Counted from the stretch's first letter, positions 1 to 9,844 are shown. The stretch is 64,000 nt of DNA from Candidatus Asgardarchaeum abyssi (GCA_040225955.1 JBECUL010000006.1:1-64000); one strand, 5' to 3'. Notes: generated by a model not told the origin, from the letters alone. Numbers and translations: made by a program.

Positions 1-335
1 CCAGAAAAGTTGCTTTCTAAATATGAATCAATGACATCATAAAGAACTCTAAGATATGTTTCTGGTTTTAACCAAATTACCCCTTCCCCGACATGTTCTG
101 CGGAGTATCCTATAGGCAAAATAGGGCCTATTAATAAGTTTAGTTCATCAGCAATTCTTTCAGACACTCTTTCAGCAAGTATTGTGTCGAAACCCATGCT
201 AATATACTCATGTATCTCAAGTGAACCTAGAGGTATAATAACTATTGGATGTATAGATTTCTTTAGATACTCCTTTACATCAAAAATTGATGTATATTTA
301 TGAAGATATCTTTGATTTTTGTATGTCTCGCTCAT
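1..335 (-). CDS. Creatininase/creatinine amidohydrolase family protein (5' part; runs off window edge)
   Basis: Manual translation from ATG at 335: MSETYKNQRYLHKYTSIFDVKEYLKKSIHPIVIIPLGSLEIHEYISMGFDTILAERVSERIADELNLLIGPILPIGYSAEH...; PLGSLExH, D and GYSxEH metal-ligand motifs of the creatininase family. Not in the ORF track. Confidence 0.8.
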   Translation of the reverse strand, partial: MSETYKNQRYLHKYTSIFDVKEYLKKSIHPIVIIPLGSLEIHEYISMGFDTILAERVSERIADELNLLIGPILPIGYSAEHVGEGVIWLKPETYLRVLYDVIDSYLESNFS

Positions 336-451
336 GTATATCAACCATCTTTTTTTAGCACAAAAATTCTTATGTTAAACGATTATTTATAAGTTATTGC
401 ACAATATTAGTAAGAGACGAAATCATGATAAATAATAATTGGTGAGTTAGT

Positions 452-1432
452 ATGATAAACCTTGAACTCAATAAAAAGAGCTTTAAGCTTTGTAACAAGC
501 TTATTAAAGAATCAAGAAAATTAAACATTGGAACACTCTCTCTAAGGAATGATGCGAAAATAATAGACTGTGGGATAAATCATATTGGTGGCTTCGAAGC
601 TGCTAAAATTGTAACTGAAATAGCACTTGGTGGTCTGGCTGAAGCAGAAATTCATACTAAAATGTATGATAGTGTAAAATTAAAAGAAATTACAGTTAAA
701 ATCAAATACCCCGCTATAGCTACACTTTGCTCACAAGCAGCATTTCCAATATACTCAGATCAAAAAACTCAATTTTATATCTGCGGACCCGGGAGAGCCC
801 TCTTTCGCTTGCCAAGGGAGATATTTGATTTTTTAAACTATTATGAAGACTCGGATGTTGCAGTTTTCATAATTCAAGATAATGAATTCCCTTCTCTGCA
901 ATTTGTTGAAAGAATCGTGAGAGATATAAAAGTGAATCCGGAAAATCTTTGTTTTATTATAACGCCAGTACCCAGTATTTGTGGTAATACACAAGTATGT
1001 GCTAAAGCTGTAGAATCCGTAATTTTCACTCTGTACCAAGCTTTTAAATGGGATATCCGTAAAATATCCTATGCTGAGGGAGTAACACCTATAGTTCCTT
1101 CTTATCAAAGTGAAAGAGGATCACAAGGAGGCTCAACACCAGACGATTTTATATTCTATGGGAGCTCCGTTAAGCTTCTCGTTGATGACATCTCTGAAAT
1201 TGAGGATATCGCACCAAGTCTCACTTTTAAGTCAACAAAGGTGTATGGTAAGACATTCCTTGAAATACTAAAAGAGGCAAATGGCGATGTAAGAAATATT
1301 GACGGCTACCCTCATGTATTCCTCCCCGCAGAAATAATAATCACGGATAAAAATGGAAATACCATAAAATACGGTAGTGTAGAAGTTAAACGAATTGCCT
1401 CAATGGCAAAAACATTAATTAAATCAATATAA
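452..1432 (+). CDS. Divergent methenyltetrahydromethanopterin cyclohydrolase (Mch)-like protein
   Basis: IIDCGI..GGFEA, EIALGGL, GPGRAL, YGKTF and length fit the Mch family; several conserved motifs are altered (see findings). RBS GGTGAG upstream. Confidence 0.75.
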   Translation: MINLELNKKSFKLCNKLIKESRKLNIGTLSLRNDAKIIDCGINHIGGFEAAKIVTEIALGGLAEAEIHTKMYDSVKLKEITVKIKYPAIATLCSQAAFPIYSDQKTQFYICGPGRALFRLPREIFDFLNYYEDSDVAVFIIQDNEFPSLQFVERIVRDIKVNPENLCFIITPVPSICGNTQVCAKAVESVIFTLYQAFKWDIRKISYAEGVTPIVPSYQSERGSQGGSTPDDFIFYGSSVKLLVDDISEIEDIAPSLTFKSTKVYGKTFLEILKEANGDVRNIDGYPHVFLPAEIIITDKNGNTIKYGSVEVKRIASMAKTLIKSI

Positions 1433-2788
1433 GAAAAGGTTCTTAGGGACATCCCATCTTTGTTTTCTCTCATTCCAAAATGGTACAGTTTCGAGCAATC
1501 CCTTACTTCCAATATTGTAGTATCGCATAATTATTTTAATATTATCACAAATTCCATCTAAGAGGGCTTTTATTCGAAAAACGGTTTCATCTAATTTATC
1601 TGGTGGTACTTCGAGAAAAGCAATAATTCCACTATTGGTTAGTGTCATGAAATAAAGTGGGAAGAAATTACCGAAAAATCTACTTATTATGTTGCTTAGA
1701 GAGTCAATTTCATCTTCTGGAAAATCTAAAATTATCAATATTGAGCTTGTGAGACCTATATTATTGAGCCGTGCATATGGTTTTAAAGCAGTGTTAAAGA
1801 AAATCTTACGCTTTCTTGAAATTTCTTGAATGGTCACATCATAACCTAATCTTAACATAGTCTCTCTGATTTCACTTAAGGTCATCCTAGCTTTATTCAT
1901 CAAAAGAAATAACAATGTTAAATCCTTTTGCTTAAGTGCGAAATTGAATGAGCAATGCTTATAGTAAAGGAAATCTGGAGGAGAATACAAATTGTAATTC
2001 TCCTTCAAAAAATTAAATGAATAGACCATTTTAAGGGAATCAAAATACCAATTAGTGCCATCATAAAAATCTAAATTGACTCCATAAGTTATTGCCTTTT
2101 GTTCGTATAGGTCAAAATATGAAATAATATGTTTTTGATAGAGAGAGATTATGAACTTCTTAAATTTATTAATTACACTTTTATTGTTCGGAATATAAAA
2201 AACAGCCCAGCCACTAATAAGACCTCTTATCTCTGTAAAAACGTCTGTATTTATATTCATAGTAAAAGGAGTATCTATCTTATTTTTTAAAATCGAGACC
2301 TTATCTTTTTCAACAACAAAATATAAGAAAAAGCGTTTCATCTTTATACAAAAAGGATTTAAGAAGCTTGCGAAGTGAATTTTAAACCATTCAGAAACCT
2401 CTGTAAATTTTCTTTTTGCTGTAGGTTTGCTAATTTTCATTTTAAAAGCAAGATCTTTATATGAGATTAATGGATTTGACACTATAATTTTTAGAATATT
2501 CATATGTTCAAGTGTTACTTTTGGTTTTTCTCTAAAAAGGTCTGAAAATAAATTGATTATTAGATTAGCATCTCTTATTTTGTACCTTTTAATCCCTTTT
2601 AATCTTTGAATGATTTCAAATGCTCTCGATGAAGAGTAAGAAAAACTATCTGGTGTTATATATTTTATGTATTTGGGAACTGTTACTATTTTTCGTTGAA
2701 AAATATATTGCTTGAGAAGGCTATATAGCTCCTTAACAGCAGGATCGTCCACCGGTGGTATAAATATAGAGTCATTAACATGATGCAT
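1424..2788 (-). CDS. Transcriptional regulator with two wHTH/Lrp-AsnC-like modules (paralogue of 16180..17613)
   Basis: HTH-like NPLISYKDLAFKMKISKPTAKRKF and second KARMTLSEIRETMLRLGYDVTIQEISRK, each followed by an alpha/beta domain; shares IKRY, GWA.F.IP, N.DFYDG..W.FD and FW.E.KQRW with 16180..17613. Confidence 0.7.
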   Translation of the reverse strand: MHHVNDSIFIPPVDDPAVKELYSLLKQYIFQRKIVTVPKYIKYITPDSFSYSSSRAFEIIQRLKGIKRYKIRDANLIINLFSDLFREKPKVTLEHMNILKIIVSNPLISYKDLAFKMKISKPTAKRKFTEVSEWFKIHFASFLNPFCIKMKRFFLYFVVEKDKVSILKNKIDTPFTMNINTDVFTEIRGLISGWAVFYIPNNKSVINKFKKFIISLYQKHIISYFDLYEQKAITYGVNLDFYDGTNWYFDSLKMVYSFNFLKENYNLYSPPDFLYYKHCSFNFALKQKDLTLLFLLMNKARMTLSEIRETMLRLGYDVTIQEISRKRKIFFNTALKPYARLNNIGLTSSILIILDFPEDEIDSLSNIISRFFGNFFPLYFMTLTNSGIIAFLEVPPDKLDETVFRIKALLDGICDNIKIIMRYYNIGSKGLLETVPFWNERKQRWDVPKNLFLY

Positions 2789-2883
2789 AATATCACTTAT
2801 TTAATTTGTTAAACATTACAACTATTTTTTCTTTACTTTTTAAAAATTTTTCCTATAAATTGTTATAAATACGTTAATATAAT

Positions 2884-2994
2884 CTCTTATTTTTTTTAAT
2901 TGAATATTATTCTTCCTTATTTTTTTAAAATAATTAATCTTCATTTATATTTTTTTAAAAAAAGAAATAACACACCTCCTTATATATTCCTTAA
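2884..2994. promoter_or_regulatory. Four roughly 30-bp-phased pyrimidine-TTAT-T-tract-AA boxes in the divergent regulator/peptide promoter
   Basis: CTCTTATTTTTTTTAA (2884), TTCCTTATTTTTTTAA (2913), TCATTTATATTTTTTTAA (2941), CTCCTTATATATTCCTTAA (2976); box ends spaced 29, 30 and 36 bp. Confidence 0.35.
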
Positions 2995-3030
2995 AAAGTA
3001 TTTGAAAGTAATATATTCATGGTGATAAAA

Positions 3031-3186
3031 ATGAATGAGAAAGTATTGAAGACATTATATTTAGTATATAAATATAGAGTGCTAATAATCCTAGGCATAG
3101 TCCTTGTATTATCAATGCTAGGTATCGTAGCCCCAACTATTGCAGATGAGGGATGTCCTCCAAATCCTGAACCTATCAGTGGTTAA
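3031..3186 (+). CDS. Small secreted peptide precursor, 51 aa (MNEKVLKTLYLVYKYRVLIILGIVLVLSMLGIVAPTIA-DEGCPPNPEPISG)
   Basis: RBS GGTGA at 3021-3025, ATG 3031, TAA 3184-3186; basic n-region, hydrophobic h-region, TIA|D site; paralogue at 15864..16016. Below the ORF-track cutoff. Confidence 0.8.
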   Translation: MNEKVLKTLYLVYKYRVLIILGIVLVLSMLGIVAPTIADEGCPPNPEPISG

Positions 3187-3208
3187 ATAAAATAACGGAG
3201 GTTATTGC

Positions 3209-3430
3209 ATGGTACTCATAGAGAAACCTATAGTGTCTAGTAGGCAGGTAATTGGTCCTGATAGTGAATTGGATGAGCATAGGGCACTCGCCCTATTCTA
3301 TACGCTTCTTGAGAACACGTTGATAAAAATTCTTCCACCTGGGAACTTGGAAATAGCGTACGACACTGGAATTATTAAGGTTCTAATACACAAAAATGAT
3401 AAAGGTGAGGTTGTCCTTGAAGTCTATTGA
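3209..3430 (+). CDS. Small hypothetical protein (73 aa), probable homologue of 15604..15843
   Basis: RBS GGAGG upstream; last 49 aa align without gaps to the 15604 ORF (shared R, L, AY, K, N..G.V). Confidence 0.7.
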   Translation: MVLIEKPIVSSRQVIGPDSELDEHRALALFYTLLENTLIKILPPGNLEIAYDTGIIKVLIHKNDKGEVVLEVY

Positions 3431-3803
3431 TAGGAGGCGAGTATCATCTTCCTCTTTTTATATTTCTGTTCTGGATGTGCCATTTTTTATCGATTTTCTC
3501 ATCGAGAACGGATGGATGATAGAATACATTTGTGTGGAAAAGAGCGATGAATTTGGAAGAGGGCTGATGAAGTACTTTTCAATAAGCGGAAATATTCGTA
3601 AATTTATTGAGAACAATATTTTCTCAATAAGAGAGATTAAATTGATTTTCTTCAATGTAAGTAAAACTTATGAGATAATAATATCTGCAGGGAAAATAAG
3701 AAGTAGCCTCAAGAATGACATTTTGGCAAAGCTACTTAAAGAGTTCGAGGAAATAAAAGAAAATTTGAAGCTTAGAATTAACGCTGATTTTGGAGTATTC
3801 TGA
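3396..3803 (+). CDS. Hypothetical protein (start uncertain, possibly TTG after GGTGAGG)
   Basis: 135-aa ORF overlapping the upstream gene; no motif recognised. Confidence 0.55.
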   Translation: MIKVRLSLKSIDRRRVSSSSFYISVLDVPFFIDFLIENGWMIEYICVEKSDEFGRGLMKYFSISGNIRKFIENNIFSIREIKLIFFNVSKTYEIIISAGKIRSSLKNDILAKLLKEFEEIKENLKLRINADFGVF

Positions 3804-4349
3804 TTAGATCTTTCGCTCCGGTAAAATTGCGTATAGGAATATTAATGAGAGTGGAACTCCAACCAAAATGAGTATGGGTATTCCGTAGTATATCAAAAAC
3901 GTTGCTAGTGCTACAAAGAATACTATAGTCAATGCAACTCCAACGATATACCCCTGTTTTCCTCTTGGTACTATCTCAACGCCGATATGATGTAATAGCT
4001 CAACTAGGATTATCTCTAGAAATGCTATATAGAGGCCTATCACTGGCTGTTCCGCTACGAATATAGTTTCGTAAGTCCATATTATGATAACTATGCTAGC
4101 TGCTCCATATAGTCCCATTGCGATTGAGAACGTATAACGGTTTTCAGTCTTGATAATTATTGGGAATATCAAGGCTAAATAGATTACAAAAACTTTAATT
4201 TTTGTTTCTAGCATCATTGGAATTGGTGAATATTCAAGTGCGAAATAACCAATTAACATGAAAATTACTAATAGAATAATTTGCGTTGAGGTTTTAAATC
4301 TATATTGGGTCTGAAGTCTTTCTATAATTTCTTCCGACGGCTCACCCAT
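3804..4349 (-). CDS. Integral membrane protein (~6 TM)
   Basis: Multiple hydrophobic segments; RBS GGAGGG; co-oriented with 4361..5290. Confidence 0.75.
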   Translation of the reverse strand: MGEPSEEIIERLQTQYRFKTSTQIILLVIFMLIGYFALEYSPIPMMLETKIKVFVIYLALIFPIIIKTENRYTFSIAMGLYGAASIVIIIWTYETIFVAEQPVIGLYIAFLEIILVELLHHIGVEIVPRGKQGYIVGVALTIVFFVALATFLIYYGIPILILVGVPLSLIFLYAILPERKI

Positions 4350-4360
4350 TTTACACCCTC

Positions 4361-5290
4361 CTACTCAGATTTTATAGATGGAACGAGACCTTTAGCCCTC
4401 CAAAGCATAAGGGTTCTTGCATGTCTCTTTCTCCATCCTAGACTTCCAAGCATAAGTGTTCGGATAACAAAGAACATCTCACGTGGATAAGGCATGTTCT
4501 TGAAAACGATAGGTTTTTTGTGTCCTTTAACCTTTACTACAATGTCTCCTATTGGATAGTCGCCAAAGTAGTTGAATAATTTCTGCAGCGGAGAGATTTG
4601 TATATCAACACCTGTAATGTGCCCTCTACTTATCCTTCCGCTAAGTTCATCCGATAGCGACTGGTCGTAACTTATTCCACTAAGCTCACCGATGATTACG
4701 GAATATCTTTCCTTAGCCCAGCCCTTTATAATATTGTCCAGTGCATCGACAAATACTATTCCGAAGGCTATTAAGAATACTAGAAATACTGGTAATGTGT
4801 TTTCACCACCAGGAAGAACTGAGATCAAATATGCTCGGACACTTGGAAGTAAGTTAAAATATACTGCTAGGGTAAAGGCTACAATTGTGAGAAATAGTCC
4901 ATAAATCCCCAAGAAGTATATATGTAGAAAATACGGATGTTGATAGGCACCATAAAGTATATTATCATCCCTAGTTATTCTCAAGGCCCTTATGTAATCT
5001 TTCTCCGTCAGAAAAACAAGAGGATCCTTAAGTCTATACCATCCACCTTTAGATGTAGTAAGGATACCCTTATTGACCAGCTTTTTAAGCTGCTTTTCAA
5101 TTACTGGCTCTGGCAGATCTGAATACTCTTTTAATTTAGCGATCGTGAATCTTCTTTCGTCAATGAAGTGCTCAACGATCACATCTATAACCTTCTCAAG
5201 GTTGCTGCCAACACTAGCAATCTTCCATCCTATAATCACAAATACTGCAAACATGATAATAATAATCGGAATTAAATACTCTACTAGCAT
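4361..5290 (-). CDS. Membrane protein with an N-terminal TM, wHTH-like domain, two further TMs and a soluble C-terminal domain
   Basis: FTIAKLKEYSDLPEPVIEKQLKKLVNKGILTTSKGGWY is wHTH-like; hydrophobic helices flank it. Confidence 0.65.
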   Translation of the reverse strand: MLVEYLIPIIIIMFAVFVIIGWKIASVGSNLEKVIDVIVEHFIDERRFTIAKLKEYSDLPEPVIEKQLKKLVNKGILTTSKGGWYRLKDPLVFLTEKDYIRALRITRDDNILYGAYQHPYFLHIYFLGIYGLFLTIVAFTLAVYFNLLPSVRAYLISVLPGGENTLPVFLVFLIAFGIVFVDALDNIIKGWAKERYSVIIGELSGISYDQSLSDELSGRISRGHITGVDIQISPLQKLFNYFGDYPIGDIVVKVKGHKKPIVFKNMPYPREMFFVIRTLMLGSLGWRKRHARTLMLWRAKGLVPSIKSE

Positions 5291-5501
5291 ATTATTAGTC
5301 CCCTTATTGCTGTTCTATTTTAAAAAATATATACGTTTCACCATTTAAAACGTTTCTCTTATGAAAGGAGTTACTTTCAAAATAATAATATTATAGACCA
5401 ATATAGCAGTTAATATTGATTATCTAATTTTAAAAATATTTTCTAAAGTTTAAATATCTCTGACAGTATACATTTCTAAAAATTATTTGGGATGAGATGA
5501 T

Positions 5502-6245
5502 ATGGAGATAAAAGGGAGAGTTGCTATTGTAACTGGAGCTTCGAGAGGTATAGGTCGTGCTATAGCCCTAGCCCTTGGCAGAGAAGGAGCAAAGGTGACT
5601 GTTAACTATTTAAAAAGCGAAGACAAGGCAAAGGAAGTAGTTAGAACAATAAAAGAGGAATATGGAAGCGATGCTATTGCGATAAAAGCTGATGTTGCTA
5701 AATGGGATGAAGTTCAAAAGATGGTTGAGGAGACTGTAAAACGTTGGGGAACTGTCGATATTTTGGTAAATAATGCTGGTATCTTTGCGAGTCATCCAAT
5801 ATTAGAGCTACCAGTTGAGGAATGGGATAGAGTGATTGCTGTTAATTTAAGTGGACCATTTTATTGTGCAAAGGCCGTTGCAAAATATATGATCGAAAAA
5901 GGAGAAGGACGGATAATTAATATATCATCAATAGGTGGAATTTTTGGTTTTCCGAACGAGCCACATTACTCGGCATCAAAAGCTGGATTAATAGGGCTTA
6001 CAAAAGCTTTGGCAAGAGAGTTAACGCCAAAGGGAATTCTTGTAGCGGCAATTGCACCAGGAAACACTGAAACCGAAATGGTCTTAAATGCTCCATCAGA
6101 CTTAAAGAAACGATTACTAATGCCTCCGATAGGTCGATTTGCTAAGCCAGAAGAGATAGCTGACATCGTAATATTCCTGATAAAACATAATTTCATAAGC
6201 GGAGAAACCATAGCGGTGACTGGTGGTTTAACCACTGGTTTTTAA
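5502..6245 (+). CDS. SDR family oxidoreductase (FabG-like)
   Basis: [17 protein letters not shown] motifs. Confidence 0.92.
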   Translation: MEIKGRVAIVTGASRGIGRAIALALGREGAKVTVNYLKSEDKAKEVVRTIKEEYGSDAIAIKADVAKWDEVQKMVEETVKRWGTVDILVNNAGIFASHPILELPVEEWDRVIAVNLSGPFYCAKAVAKYMIEKGEGRIINISSIGGIFGFPNEPHYSASKAGLIGLTKALARELTPKGILVAAIAPGNTETEMVLNAPSDLKKRLLMPPIGRFAKPEEIADIVIFLIKHNFISGETIAVTGGLTTGF

Positions 6246-6673
6246 TAACTAATCAGCAAGATAATTAAAGTATTACTATATTATTTAAAAAATAACCTAT
6301 ACTATAAAAATAACCTTTTTACTTTTAATTCTTTATTTCTAAATTATTTCTCCTTCATCTTTGTAAGCATCTCATAAAATTTTAAATGAATAAAAAGTTG
6401 ACAAAAAAGCTATTTTCAAGAATTAAAAATTTTAAGACATTATCGAAAAAAATTAGATAATATTTCAACATAAGATATCACGAGAAGATGTATTTTTTAT
6501 GATTTTTTATATTGAAGTCTCAAAAAATTGAGACAAAATTACTGATAAGCTCATCAATATACATTTTACATATTTTTTTCATCTCAAAATATTGACTAAT
6601 ACACTTTCAACCCTTAAATTTAAATATAAGTTTGCACAATTATTATCATAAATAAGGTACTAAGGGGATTATC

Positions 6674-6949
6674 ATGCCAAAGGGTGTAAAAAAGAGAAAG
6701 TCAGCATATATTTATGTGAGTGAATTAAAGAAATACGCCAAAAAGAAGGGTGTAAAGGTTTCTCAGAAATTCATTGATTCACTCAACGAAAGCGTGGTTA
6801 AAATCTTAGACATGTCAGTCGACAAATGTCGTAAGATGAAGAATAAGACACTCCTGCCAAAGCACTTACCCGAGGCTGCCAAGTTCGACGAACTAGTCAA
6901 AGCCTTTGAAGAGTTCAACAAGACAGTTACCAAGGTCTTAAAGAAATAA
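6674..6949 (+). CDS. Atypical archaeal histone-fold protein with basic N-tail and C-terminal helix
   Basis: YIYVSELKKYAKKKGVKVSQKFIDSLNESVVKILDMSVDKCRKMKNKTLLPKHL matches histone-fold alpha1-L1-alpha2-L2 spacing; T-rich terminator follows. Confidence 0.7.
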   Translation: MPKGVKKRKSAYIYVSELKKYAKKKGVKVSQKFIDSLNESVVKILDMSVDKCRKMKNKTLLPKHLPEAAKFDELVKAFEEFNKTVTKVLKK

Positions 6950-7113
6950 ATGTTGTGAAGCTATTTCTTAATTCTTTTTATTTTTTATTTCTTTTCTGCT
7001 GGATTTTTTATGAAAACAACATTATTTATTAGTCTTAGTTAATTTTTAATATTAAGAAAATAGGTTTTTATTTTGCCAATAATAAGTTTTAACCATCTGG
7101 AGGAATCTATATT

Positions 7114-8535
7114 ATGAATTCTCGAATGATTCCGGAAGTGCAGAAATTTTTAGAGACTGATGGAAATACAATTTTACTCATAAGAGGTGAGGCAGGGACT
7201 GGAAAAACAATATTTTCTCTGGAATTGGTAAACTTTTACGCTAGGATGGTGCCTGCGTTTTACTTCACTTCTAGGGTTGATGTGCCTTCTCTTTTTGGTC
7301 AATTTCCATGGATAAGAGAGAACATTGGTGAGGATCTGATATTCGATATCACTAGATCTTCTGCGAGGCGTATTAAAAAACATAAGTTGGAATTTAGTTT
7401 TAGTACAATTCAAGAGTTTCTACAAAATATATATCTACTACTCGAAGAGGTAGGTATGGAAAAGAAAAAGGTAGTGGTAATTGATAGTATTGATGCCCTT
7501 TCAGAGCTTTTTGATTTACCGATGAATAAAATTATAACCGGGCTTCAAGATGTTGCGATAAATGCAAATACGAAATTTATTGTCATCTCTGAAACTGTTG
7601 GAGCGAAAGATATCGAATATCTTTCCGATGGGGTAATTACATTAACCAAAGAATATCACGATAATAGAATCTTAAGATCTCTTATTATAGATAAACTTAG
7701 AGGCGTTGAGGTAAAATCAAGTATATACTTCTTTACTCTAAAAGATGGACGAATTATGTTTCTCGAGAATTATCCCATATTTATCAGTGCTATTGATGTT
7801 AAGGCGAAACATCCAATAATCAACGATCGAGAGGAATCAAGGTTCTTTGAGAGAAATGCTTTTAGCACTGGGAATAGCGATTTTGATAAAATTATTAAAG
7901 GATATCAAAAAGGCAGTTTTGTTGTATTCCAAGTGGATAAGACTGTCATATGGTCAAATATTTTGGATATAGTTTCCCATACCGTAGAGAACTTCTTACT
8001 GCAAAATAGAGGTGTTATCATAGTTCCAACGTCAGGTTTCAGCCCTATTTACTTTAGAAATATGTTCTCCAGGCTTGTAGGTCCTGAAGTGTTTGAAGAA
8101 AATTGTATCGTTTTCATGCCCGGATTGCACGAGTCGACCGAGTATAAATGGCTTAAATCTGTTTCTCCAACACCAGAGGACGTTTATAATGGAATAATGG
8201 ATACATATAGTGACTTTACAAAAAGATTCAAAGAGGTGTTAGTTCTCCTCGGGATGGACTTCTTTGAAACATATTTTGGGTCTCAACAAACAGAGAGAAT
8301 CGTTATGAAAATAATCTCAATTGTGAAAATAGACCAGAATCTTGCAATAGGCCTTGTTAATAATGATTCTCCAATAACCACTAAACTTGTAAGGATGAGT
8401 GACTACATTTTTAATGTCTTTTCGAGAAGTGGGAAACTCTTTATGTACGGCGTTTTACCAGCAACAAATATTCTCAATATAAACTTAGATGTATCCGGCC
8501 CCCATCCAATTACTCGATATATAGAGATACTGTGA
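7114..8535 (+). CDS. KaiC/GvpD-like RecA-superfamily P-loop ATPase (active N-domain, degenerate second domain)
   Basis: Walker A GEAGTGKT, Walker B VVIDS, EYLSDGVITL, IDKLRG; second domain begins FSTGNSDFDKII without a Walker A. Confidence 0.8.
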   Translation: MNSRMIPEVQKFLETDGNTILLIRGEAGTGKTIFSLELVNFYARMVPAFYFTSRVDVPSLFGQFPWIRENIGEDLIFDITRSSARRIKKHKLEFSFSTIQEFLQNIYLLLEEVGMEKKKVVVIDSIDALSELFDLPMNKIITGLQDVAINANTKFIVISETVGAKDIEYLSDGVITLTKEYHDNRILRSLIIDKLRGVEVKSSIYFFTLKDGRIMFLENYPIFISAIDVKAKHPIINDREESRFFERNAFSTGNSDFDKIIKGYQKGSFVVFQVDKTVIWSNILDIVSHTVENFLLQNRGVIIVPTSGFSPIYFRNMFSRLVGPEVFEENCIVFMPGLHESTEYKWLKSVSPTPEDVYNGIMDTYSDFTKRFKEVLVLLGMDFFETYFGSQQTERIVMKIISIVKIDQNLAIGLVNNDSPITTKLVRMSDYIFNVFSRSGKLFMYGVLPATNILNINLDVSGPHPITRYIEIL

Positions 8536-8607
8536 ATATTTTGGTATTAACTGGGGTTAGTGTACTCGTAGGGAATACATTATATTTTAATTAATTAATA
8601 ACTATTT

Positions 8608-9723
8608 ATGCTTGGTGGTTTTATGTCTCTTACAGAATTTTTAGTAAAAACCAAGGAGAATATAGTAAAGCAACCAGAATTTGTTACGGGTACTCTTTTG
8701 ATGGCAGACCGAGATATTCAATCAAAAGTGATTCCCTTACTTGAACGTAGAACTTTTGAAAAGATATTTCTTGTTGGGTGTGGTGATAGCTACTTTGCAG
8801 GGCAGGGGATTCAATTTGTTTTCAACAAGTATGCAAAGCTCCCGACGTTTGCAGAAAACGCATTTGAGTTTAAAGAATATGAGAATATAGTTGATAATGA
8901 ATCCTTAGTAATTGGCATTTCAGCGGGAGGTAGAACATCTGCTACAATATACGCACTAAAAAAAGCTAAAGAAAAAGGTGCAAAAACAGTAAGCATTACC
9001 AATTTTCAAGAATCCCCAATAACAAAAGTTTCCGATGCTACTATAATAACTAGAGTTCCTGAACCAGTTGGCCCACCAACATCTACCACAACAACAGCAC
9101 TTGCTGCTGGCTATTTACTTGCCATTAACATAGGATACTCATATGGAATTATCGATGATGACAAATTCACATGTTTGAGAAACACCCTAATGTCCCTTCC
9201 AATGAAAATGAAGTGGATAATGAGTGATAAAAATAAAGAAACAAATATGACAGCGAGTAAGGCCTTTAGTAAAAGTAACGATGCCTACATAATTGGTGGG
9301 GGACCAGCATTCATCACTGCTGAACTTATAAATGCATTGATGAAGGAGATAGTTCTTATTCATAGCGAAGCCATTGAGATTGAGGAATTCTGCCACTATG
9401 GTTTAATACCTGTTGAAAAAGATACGCCCATAATTTTGTTTGCAAGAAGTGGCAATAGCTATAACAGAGCTAAAGAGGTATCGCAGGTACTTAAAAATAT
9501 AGGAGCTAGAATATACGTTGTTACAGATAAGTACGAAGAGTTTAGAGAGCTTGCAGATTACATAATTATAGCACCAGAAGGTATACCAGAAGAATTCTCA
9601 CCTGTTATTGATATCATTCCGACTCAATTTCTCTCATTACATTGGTCGATTGATAGGGGATTGAAATTAAAAGGGTTCCGCTATGGAGATATGATATCGA
9701 AGCTAATAGGCTATTTGGAATGA
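8608..9723 (+). CDS. Double SIS-domain sugar-phosphate isomerase/deaminase (GlmS C-terminal/FrlB-like); likely start 8623
   Basis: VGCGDS, ISAGGRT, SITN...SPI, EEFCHYG motifs. Confidence 0.85.
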   Translation: MLGGFMSLTEFLVKTKENIVKQPEFVTGTLLMADRDIQSKVIPLLERRTFEKIFLVGCGDSYFAGQGIQFVFNKYAKLPTFAENAFEFKEYENIVDNESLVIGISAGGRTSATIYALKKAKEKGAKTVSITNFQESPITKVSDATIITRVPEPVGPPTSTTTTALAAGYLLAINIGYSYGIIDDDKFTCLRNTLMSLPMKMKWIMSDKNKETNMTASKAFSKSNDAYIIGGGPAFITAELINALMKEIVLIHSEAIEIEEFCHYGLIPVEKDTPIILFARSGNSYNRAKEVSQVLKNIGARIYVVTDKYEEFRELADYIIIAPEGIPEEFSPVIDIIPTQFLSLHWSIDRGLKLKGFRYGDMISKLIGYLE

Positions 9724-9844
9724 GGATTCAGAATTTTCTATTCGTATAGTATTAAAGTCTTAGTATATATAAAAAAGCAAAAAACAGTTAGCGATTTAAA
9801 AAATAAGTATTAACTTTTTTAAATTAGAATCAATATTTTTTTAT

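Noticed and set aside
3031-3186. Lasso-peptide or AgrD-type precursor
   Set aside because: No acceptor Asp/Glu at position 7-9 of a plausible lasso core and no lasso cyclase/peptidase or AgrB nearby; peptide B has no Cys.
7114-8535. Gas-vesicle or circadian-clock locus
   Set aside because: GvpD/KaiC-like ATPase is stand-alone; no gvpA or kaiB genes in the window.
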